DNA from: Sumerlaeia bacterium
GTDB taxonomy: Bacteria > Sumerlaeota > Sumerlaeia > SLMS01 > JAHLLQ01
Length of the DNA stretch: 34,300 nt
Direction: 5' to 3'
NCBI GenBank assembly: GCA_040219255.1
Contig: JAVJSW010000026.1
Coordinates: 1-34,300 of the forward strand
Under the pieces are notes generated by a model. The model did not search any database. It saw nothing but the letters and a program-made list of their open reading frames with translations, and was not told the origin of the DNA. Shown here in pieces: positions 28,295 to 34,300 of the stretch. The first letter of the stretch is position 1; every line of letters starts with the position of its first letter. Position numbers and translations under genes: made by a program.

Positions 28295-28335
28295 CGCCGC
28301 CGTCCCCTTCCCAACTCGATTTGGAGTGACCTCAA

Positions 28336-29364
28336 ATGCCTGCACTGACCCTCAATGAACTCGATCGCTTGACGCAAGAACTCGCGAGCCTTTCGCGGTC
28401 CGACATTCCCCTGCCGCAGGGCCTGCGGCACCTCTCGCAGAGCCTCGAATCGGGCCGGCTGCGCACCGTTGCCGCGGAAAGCGCCGACGAGTTGGAACGC
28501 GGCAAGAGCCTCGCCGACGCCCTCGCCGCTTCCTCCATCCAGGTGCCCGCCTCGTATCTGGCGTTGGTGCGTTGCGCGGAAACCACCGGCGACAGCCGCA
28601 GCCTCCTGGAGTTCGCCGCCGAGCACAGCCGCCGCCTGCGGATCCATCACGCGGCGCTGGCCACGGCGCTGCTCTATCCGCTGCTGCTGACCATCGGCGT
28701 GATGTTGCTGCTGACGCTGCTGGCGAACACATTGGTGCTCGAGTTTTTCGACATCTACGCCCAGCTCGGCGCCGAACTGCCCGCCCTGACCCTGCTGATT
28801 CTGAACATTCTCCGCATTTTCCAAGGGCCCGGCGGCATCGCTTTGGCTCTTCTCCTGATCGGTGCTCTGGTCTTTGTCGCCGCCACGCCGCACATGCGCG
28901 ACCGCGCGTTTCAGATGATGAACTGGGTGCCCGGGGCGCGGTCGCTGACCCAGCTTTCCGACGCCGGACTGGTGATGAAGTTCCTGTCCGTGGCGCTCAA
29001 GTATGGCGCGCCTCTGCCAATGGCGCTGGAAGCGGCCGAGCTGGCCGTTGCGGAAGGCCGCACGCGGCGCCATCTGCGCCAGATGAGCGAAGCCGCCGAG
29101 CGTGGCCAGCCCACGGCCCCGCACCTGAGCCCCGGCACGCCCGCCACCGCCGCCTACCTCTACGAGCAGGGTGAGCAGCGGGGCGATCTGGCCGCCGCCT
29201 GCGGAGGTATCGCCGATTACTGCGAAGCGCGCTTCGACCGCCTGAGCCGCCGCACCGCCGCCCTGTTCGAACCCCTGATGGTCCTGGGCATCGGCGTCTT
29301 CATGGCCATCATGCTGATCTCACTTTACTTGCCTTTGTTCTCGATCCCAAAGGTGGTGCGATAA
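28336..29364 (+). CDS. GspF/PilC-family platform protein (compact, 342 aa)
   Basis: LERGKSLADAL, AETTG, LLYP, LGAELPALT, GEQRGDL, FEPLM, SLYLPLFSI. Confidence 0.9.
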   Translation: MPALTLNELDRLTQELASLSRSDIPLPQGLRHLSQSLESGRLRTVAAESADELERGKSLADALAASSIQVPASYLALVRCAETTGDSRSLLEFAAEHSRRLRIHHAALATALLYPLLLTIGVMLLLTLLANTLVLEFFDIYAQLGAELPALTLLILNILRIFQGPGGIALALLLIGALVFVAATPHMRDRAFQMMNWVPGARSLTQLSDAGLVMKFLSVALKYGAPLPMALEAAELAVAEGRTRRHLRQMSEAAERGQPTAPHLSPGTPATAAYLYEQGEQRGDLAAACGGIADYCEARFDRLSRRTAALFEPLMVLGIGVFMAIMLISLYLPLFSIPKVVR

Positions 29365-29759
29365 TGAAGACGACTCCCTCTCGAAACCGCCGCGCCGTGA
29401 CGCTGCTGGAAACCATGATCGCGGTCTTTCTGCTGACCCTCATCGTGGGGTTCACGATGCGGTCGCTGGGGCAATCTTCGGTCCTGCGGGCGCGAGCCGC
29501 CCAACGCGCTGAACTGGCCCTGGTGGCCCAGACGGAACTCGACCGCCTGCGCCGCGAACCGGACGCGCTGACCTCCGGAACGCGCACGCTTCAGGATCCC
29601 GCATGGACCGCGGGAACCACCGTGGCCGCCGCCGCCGAGCCCCAGAGCCCCGGCGTCTGGCGCCTGGAAGTGAGCGCCTCCCGCGCCACCATCGAGGGTC
29701 TCGCCCCCGTGCGCCTCGTCACCCTGATCCCCGCCCCCGAGGAAGGAGGTGCCCCATGA
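29364..29759 (+). CDS. Minor (pseudo)pilin, GspI/PilV-like
   Basis: Class III signal RRA|VTLLETMIAVFLL with Glu at +5; TAATG coupling. Confidence 0.8.
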   Translation: MKTTPSRNRRAVTLLETMIAVFLLTLIVGFTMRSLGQSSVLRARAAQRAELALVAQTELDRLRREPDALTSGTRTLQDPAWTAGTTVAAAAEPQSPGVWRLEVSASRATIEGLAPVRLVTLIPAPEEGGAP

Positions 29760-30301
29760 CCCGCCGAACTCCCCGCCTCCGCCGAGCCTTCACGCTCATA
29801 GAACTTCTAATTGTCGTCGCCATCATCGCGATCATTTCCGGCGCCCTGATGGGCGGCTTGATCCTGCCCCTGAAGGAGCACCCGCGCGCCGACGCCGACG
29901 CCGCGATGCAGCGCGGAGCCGCCCTGTTCGCCGCCGCCGTCACCGCCGACGCGCACGACGCGCTCTCGGCCGAGGTCAGCGCCAACGGTTCCGCGCTCCT
30001 GATCCGCCGCCTGCCCGAGGGCAGCCCCGCCGCCCTCTACTGGACGGACGAGGGCTCGTCCCTTCGCCGGGCGCTGGTGAACGACGCTGCCGCTTCACAG
30101 GACCTCGAAGCCGCCATGGCGGCCACGGAAACGGGCGCGGCGCTCCTGGCGGACGTCTCCGCCTTCCGCGCCACCGTGACCACGCAAACCCTTTCGATCG
30201 AGCTGACCGCCGGCCATGTCTTCTACGAAGTCCCGGTCCGCGCCGTTCGATCCTTTGAACTGACCCTCGGCCCCGCGGGCTGGGCGGGAGGAACCCCATG
30301 A
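29756..30301 (+). CDS. Minor (pseudo)pilin, GspJ/PilW-like
   Basis: MTRRTPRLRRA|FTLIELLIVVAII; GGAGG RBS; ATGA overlap at 29756. Confidence 0.82.
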   Translation: MTRRTPRLRRAFTLIELLIVVAIIAIISGALMGGLILPLKEHPRADADAAMQRGAALFAAAVTADAHDALSAEVSANGSALLIRRLPEGSPAALYWTDEGSSLRRALVNDAAASQDLEAAMAATETGAALLADVSAFRATVTTQTLSIELTAGHVFYEVPVRAVRSFELTLGPAGWAGGTP

Positions 30302-30711
30302 GAACCGATCGCAATCGCCGCCGGGGCGCCCTGATTTATGGCATGGCGGCCATGATTCTCGTTTTTTCGACGCTGTGTGCGCTGGTGCTGCTGCGGTCGC
30401 TGGAGAGCTATCGCGGCGCCGCCGACCTGGAGCAACGCCTGGCCCTGCGCGCCGCCGCCGAAGGCGCCGCCGTCCTGGCCATGAAGAGCGGCGGCTCGCC
30501 GACAAGCGCCACCCTGGAACTTGGCGCCTGCCGCGTCGTCTTCGCCGAATCCGTCGCCGACGCCCCCACCACCGGGACGCTGACATTACCCGTGACCATC
30601 ACGCGCCTCGCCCCCAACGGGGCGGAAATCCGCCGCCAGGAGGTCCGCCTGCACCTTGCGCGCGGTTCCGAGGGCGCCCTGACCTATGCCGGAATGGAGG
30701 TCCAACCATGA
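30298..30711 (+). CDS. Small minor pilin, GspK/PilX-like
   Basis: RRRG|ALIYGMAAMILV without Glu+5 and an ALRAAAEGA helix, as in K/X-type pilins; ATGA overlap. Confidence 0.72.
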   Translation: MRTDRNRRRGALIYGMAAMILVFSTLCALVLLRSLESYRGAADLEQRLALRAAAEGAAVLAMKSGGSPTSATLELGACRVVFAESVADAPTTGTLTLPVTITRLAPNGAEIRRQEVRLHLARGSEGALTYAGMEVQP

Positions 30712-31556
30712 CCCGCAAAGCCTTTACCTTGATCGAGCTTCTCGTGGTGGTGGCCGTCATCGCCATTCTGGCGGCCATCGCCGTTCCCAACTTCCTGGAA
30801 GCCCAGGTCCGAAGCAAAACTGGCCGTACCTATCACGACATGGCCGTGATCGACGCCGGAGCCAAAGCGTACTACGCGGATTTTGGCGTCTATCCGCCAA
30901 ACCAGAGGGACATCTACCGGTTCCTGGTGGCGTATGATACGGCGCGGGCGGATGCGCCCACGACGCCGGCCACGCAGGCAGCGACTGGGGGAAACGATCC
31001 CTTCGGCGGCGGTGGTGCCGACCCGTTTGGGGGCGGGTTTGGAGTCTATAACCACCATTCCGTGGACGATCATTCGCCGCTCAGGCTGAGCACGCCCGAG
31101 GACTCCACGTTGGCTTTTACTATCCACGACTTCGACCCGGCGGCCCGTTCCGGCGACGCAGCGCTTGAGAATTCAGGAATGTTGAGCAGTCACTGGGGAC
31201 ACTATTCCCTGCCGGCCTATCCGCCGCTCATCGCCAGCTCCCTCGATCTTCGGGCCCTGACCACTCCGATTCCCTACATCGGGCGAGCCCTGCCCCAGGA
31301 CACATTCTCCGACACCCGCGGTCTCCCGTTCCGCTACCTCGACCTCAGCGGTCTCTACGCCCGCCATCCCGAGCTCATCCCGTCCGGCGCCGCGCCGCGC
31401 TATCTGCTGCTGTCCTACGGGCCGGACAGCGACCAGGCAAGCGCCTTTGGCGACGTCACCGATCCGGTCCGGGGCGAATTCGTCCAGTACGATCCGACCA
31501 ATGGCACCGTGTCCCAGGGCGATCTCGGGAGTTTGGGCCTGATGCGGGGGCCATGA
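30708..31556 (+). CDS. Major (pseudo)pilin, GspG-like, with C-terminal YDPTNGTVSxGD motif
   Basis: MTRKA|FTLIELLVVVAVIAILAAIAVPNFLEAQVRSK, AYYADFGVYP, LTTPIPYI, LLSYGPD, YDPTNGTVSQGD; GGAGG RBS; ATGA overlap. Confidence 0.88.
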   Translation: MTRKAFTLIELLVVVAVIAILAAIAVPNFLEAQVRSKTGRTYHDMAVIDAGAKAYYADFGVYPPNQRDIYRFLVAYDTARADAPTTPATQAATGGNDPFGGGGADPFGGGFGVYNHHSVDDHSPLRLSTPEDSTLAFTIHDFDPAARSGDAALENSGMLSSHWGHYSLPAYPPLIASSLDLRALTTPIPYIGRALPQDTFSDTRGLPFRYLDLSGLYARHPELIPSGAAPRYLLLSYGPDSDQASAFGDVTDPVRGEFVQYDPTNGTVSQGDLGSLGLMRGP

Positions 31557-31564
31557 GCCGTTGA

Positions 31565-32215
31565 CTACCGGGTGCCCAGGAGCACCGTGGAGGCTGGACA
31601 ATCGACGGTTCCATCGGCGACGTCGACCATCCACTTCGCGACATCGCTGCGGCGGATCGTGGAGAAGAGACCGTACTTTTCGGCTGGTACCGCGTTGCCC
31701 TTTGGCATGCCAGGCAGCAGCGTCACCGGCCGCACCGACAGGTTTGCTATCCCCTCCGCGTTCAGCACCTCCTCCGCGCGGTTCAGGTCGCGGTAAGCGA
31801 TCCCGACCTTTCCCATGCGGATCATGCGCTGGATCGTTGGCGTCGCCATCGCGTGACTGTCGCCCACACCGCCCGCGCTGATCCATACAAGTCGCCGGAC
31901 CGGGGTCCCAGGGATGACGCCGGCCAGGTTCTTCGCCACCGTCTGCACAAGATCGGGCGGAGAGAGGAGCTTTGACCAAGGAGCTGGGTTCGCCCGACGC
32001 TGGCCGAGGCAGGAAATGATGACCTCGTGATCGGCCAAGAACGGCGCCAGGAAGTCTTTTTCGACCACTTCCCCCCGCACCACTTCGACGCCTTCAGGCG
32101 CTTCGTAGGCGGTTTGACTCCGCACCACGGCGGTCACCGTGTGGCCGCGTTCCGCCGCCAACCTGACCACCCAGCGGCCGCAGCCACCGGAAGCTCCCAA
32201 AACCAAGAGTTTCAT
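31565..32215 (-). CDS. NAD(P)H-binding oxidoreductase (atypical SDR, flavin reductase-like)
   Basis: Rossmann motif VLGASGGCG..GHTVTAVVR, SVRP, IRRSDVA; AAGGA RBS. Confidence 0.88.
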   Translation of the reverse strand: MKLLVLGASGGCGRWVVRLAAERGHTVTAVVRSQTAYEAPEGVEVVRGEVVEKDFLAPFLADHEVIISCLGQRRANPAPWSKLLSPPDLVQTVAKNLAGVIPGTPVRRLVWISAGGVGDSHAMATPTIQRMIRMGKVGIAYRDLNRAEEVLNAEGIANLSVRPVTLLPGMPKGNAVPAEKYGLFSTIRRSDVAKWMVDVADGTVDCPASTVLLGTR

Positions 32216-32273
32216 TCTGATCGGTCCTTTCTAGCAGTGAGCCAGGCCAGTTGCCGCTTAGCGTGGAACGTGG

Positions 32274-32324
32274 AAAAGGGCGCAAAGTCCTCGGAATGAC
32301 TGCATCCGATGGACCTCGCGCCCT
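32274..32324 (-). terminator. Long hairpin, probable terminator after serC
   Basis: Nested arms AGGGCGC/GCGCCCT, GTCC/GGAC and TCGGA/TCCGA, followed by a short T run on the minus strand. Confidence 0.55.
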
Positions 32325-32349
32325 CGCATTGTTTCTTTAGGCTCTGGCC

Positions 32350-33447
32350 TTAGCCGTTCTTACGCTCGAATTCCTTCAGGAAATCGACCAACTGCTGCAC
32401 GCCTTCCAGCGGCATCGCGTTGTAGATGCTGGCGCGCAGGCCGCCGACGCTGCGGTGACCCTTCAGGCCCTTGAGGCCCGCCGCGTCCGCTTCCTTGATG
32501 ATCTTCGCTTCCAGCTCTTCGCTGGGCAGGCGGAAGACCACGTTCATCTTCGAGCGGTCCTTGACCCGCACCGGCGGACGATAGAATTCCGTGCTGTCCA
32601 GGCAGCCGTACAGCAGTTCGGCCTTCCGGTCGTTGACCTTGGCCATAGCGGTGAGGCCGCCCTGACCCTTGAGCCACTTGAGCACCAGCGACACCACATA
32701 GATCGCGAAGACCGGCGGCGTGTTGAAACGGCTGTCGTTCGCCGCGTGGGTGCGGTACTGGGCCATTTTCGGCAGATCGGTGGCGCCGGTTTCCATAAAG
32801 GACTTCTTGATGACCGCGATGGTCACACCGGCGGGGCCCAGGTTCTTCTGCGCACCGGCGTAAATCATGCCGTACTTATCCATCGCCAGGGGGCGGCTCA
32901 GAATGTCGGACGAGGCGTCGCAAACCAGCGGACTCGGCGCGTCCGGTTCACTGTGGAACTGGGTGCCGAAAATCGTGTTGTTGCTGGTGAAGTGCGTGTA
33001 AACCGAGTCGGCGGCGTAATCAGCGCTGTCCGGAATGTAGGTATAGTTGTCCTTCTTGCTGCTGCAAGCCACATGCGCCGTGCCGTAGAACTTGGCTTCG
33101 CCGATGGCGCCCGAACTCCAAGTGCCGGTGTCGAGGTAGTTGGCGGTTTTGCCCTGGAGGAAGTTCATCGGGATTTGATAGAACTGCTGGCGGGCGCCGC
33201 CTTGCAGGAACAGCACGGCCCAATCGTCCAGAGAAATGCCGAGCAGATCGGCCAGATCATTCTGCGCGTCGGCGAAGATCGGGTCGATCACCTTGGCGCG
33301 ATGGGAATGCTCACAAACGCCGATGCCGGTGCCTTGGAAGTCGAGCAGGTTGTCGCGCACTTCCTCCAGGACGGACTGAGGCAGGGCCGAGGGTCCGGGG
33401 TTGAAATTCAAGGCACGCTCAGTGCGTGCGGGCGTCTCCGTGGTCAT
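32350..33447 (-). CDS. serC: Phosphoserine aminotransferase
   Basis: NFNPGPSALP, SHR, LFLQGG, NNTIFG, DASS, PLP lysine in YAGAQKNLGPAG, NTPP, GHRSVGGLRASIYNA. Confidence 0.97.
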   Translation of the reverse strand: MTTETPARTERALNFNPGPSALPQSVLEEVRDNLLDFQGTGIGVCEHSHRAKVIDPIFADAQNDLADLLGISLDDWAVLFLQGGARQQFYQIPMNFLQGKTANYLDTGTWSSGAIGEAKFYGTAHVACSSKKDNYTYIPDSADYAADSVYTHFTSNNTIFGTQFHSEPDAPSPLVCDASSDILSRPLAMDKYGMIYAGAQKNLGPAGVTIAVIKKSFMETGATDLPKMAQYRTHAANDSRFNTPPVFAIYVVSLVLKWLKGQGGLTAMAKVNDRKAELLYGCLDSTEFYRPPVRVKDRSKMNVVFRLPSEELEAKIIKEADAAGLKGLKGHRSVGGLRASIYNAMPLEGVQQLVDFLKEFERKNG

Positions 33448-33586
33448 GGGTAAAACCTCTCCTCGGAACGAAGGGGAACGTCGAGATCAAAGCCCCCGGA
33501 ACGCCACGCGCCCAAGGGGCCGCAAGGGTGAGCAGAGGGGCGGCGGGCGGTCAATGGGGAAGAGCGGAGTGTGCGCGGTGTCGTTC

Positions 33587-34054
33587 TCAACCGCCCCATG
33601 CGGCCGGGACTGGCCCAATCTTACGCCACAGCAATCGGAACAGGATCGTGGCGATGTTCCAGCAGGAGGCCAGAATCACGGCTCCGATACCCGGGATAAT
33701 CGCGTAGAACCAGAGAGCAACCATAGTTATAGCGACGGTGCTATTTTCGGCCGCCTTGGGAAAGGTCTGAGCGAAGCCCAAGAACACGAAGTAGAATATC
33801 CGCTGAACCGTGAGCACAAACGCCTGCCCTAAGCCCGCGACAGCCAACGTCTTTGCGGCCAGTCCCAACCAATCCTTCTTCTCGCTTCGGATCAAGACGT
33901 TTACGCCAACGGCCTGCATCAGCGTAGCCACGGCAAACCGAAACAACAGGAGCACCTCCGCCGCTTCCCACGACCGCACATGATACAGCTGGTAGTGCTG
34001 CAAATACATATCGAACAGCAGAGTGGCGGCGAGGATAAATACGAGGGGCTTCAT
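33587..34054 (-). CDS. Hypothetical membrane protein (about four TM helices); frame stays open upstream to the window edge
   Basis: Hydrophobic segments from MKPLVF; visibly lower GC than neighbours; true start uncertain. Confidence 0.55.
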   Translation of the reverse strand: MKPLVFILAATLLFDMYLQHYQLYHVRSWEAAEVLLLFRFAVATLMQAVGVNVLIRSEKKDWLGLAAKTLAVAGLGQAFVLTVQRIFYFVFLGFAQTFPKAAENSTVAITMVALWFYAIIPGIGAVILASCWNIATILFRLLWRKIGPVPAAWGG

Positions 34055-34300
34055 AGCGAGCTGGCTCGGTGAATGAGGGATAGTGCTTAGCGTTTGGTGA
34101 GGGGTCAGAACAACCGCAAGCTGGATCTCGCCTCCGGCCAACGGCCGCCACGACTCCGGCCCCATGCCGTTGCCGATCACGATGTCGTCCACCTCGTGAA
34201 CCAAGGCCTGGCGTGGGTTTTGGCTGATTCTCGGCCGGATCGCGGTGCGCATCCGCGCCGTCGGCGCCAGCGAAACGTCGCGACCCGCGATGCCCGCCAC

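Overview
A GC-rich bacterial chromosomal window. By inference it comes from Candidatus Sumerlaeota/BRC1 or a related lineage, based on the pilin style (NFLEAQVRSK ... YDPTNGTVSxGD) and Trp-containing C-terminal tails on exported proteins. From left to right it holds: the 5' end of a group IIC intron inserted directly after the suf operon terminator; a suf Fe-S operon (Rrf2 regulator, sufB, DUF2834-like gene, an unknown helical domain read in frame into sufC, sufD, sufT-like; no sufS); a degenerate sigma54-activator-like AAA+ protein; csaA; threonine aldolase; a patatin; glgP; a small secretin-like lipoprotein; two large modular exported enzymes sharing a C-terminal A-x-[LI]-x-x-W-x-x-[FL] tail; SdpI-like, glycosyltransferase, PNPOx-like and truA genes; a BlaI repressor plus sensor-less BlaR1/M56 peptidase followed by a minimal type II secretion/type IV filament module (GspE, two GspF, four pilins); an NAD(P)-binding oxidoreductase; serC; and a membrane protein. 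The best candidate for an undescribed system is the BlaI/M56-controlled filament module. No rRNA, tRNA or CRISPR array was seen. All calls come from motif reading; no searches were run.
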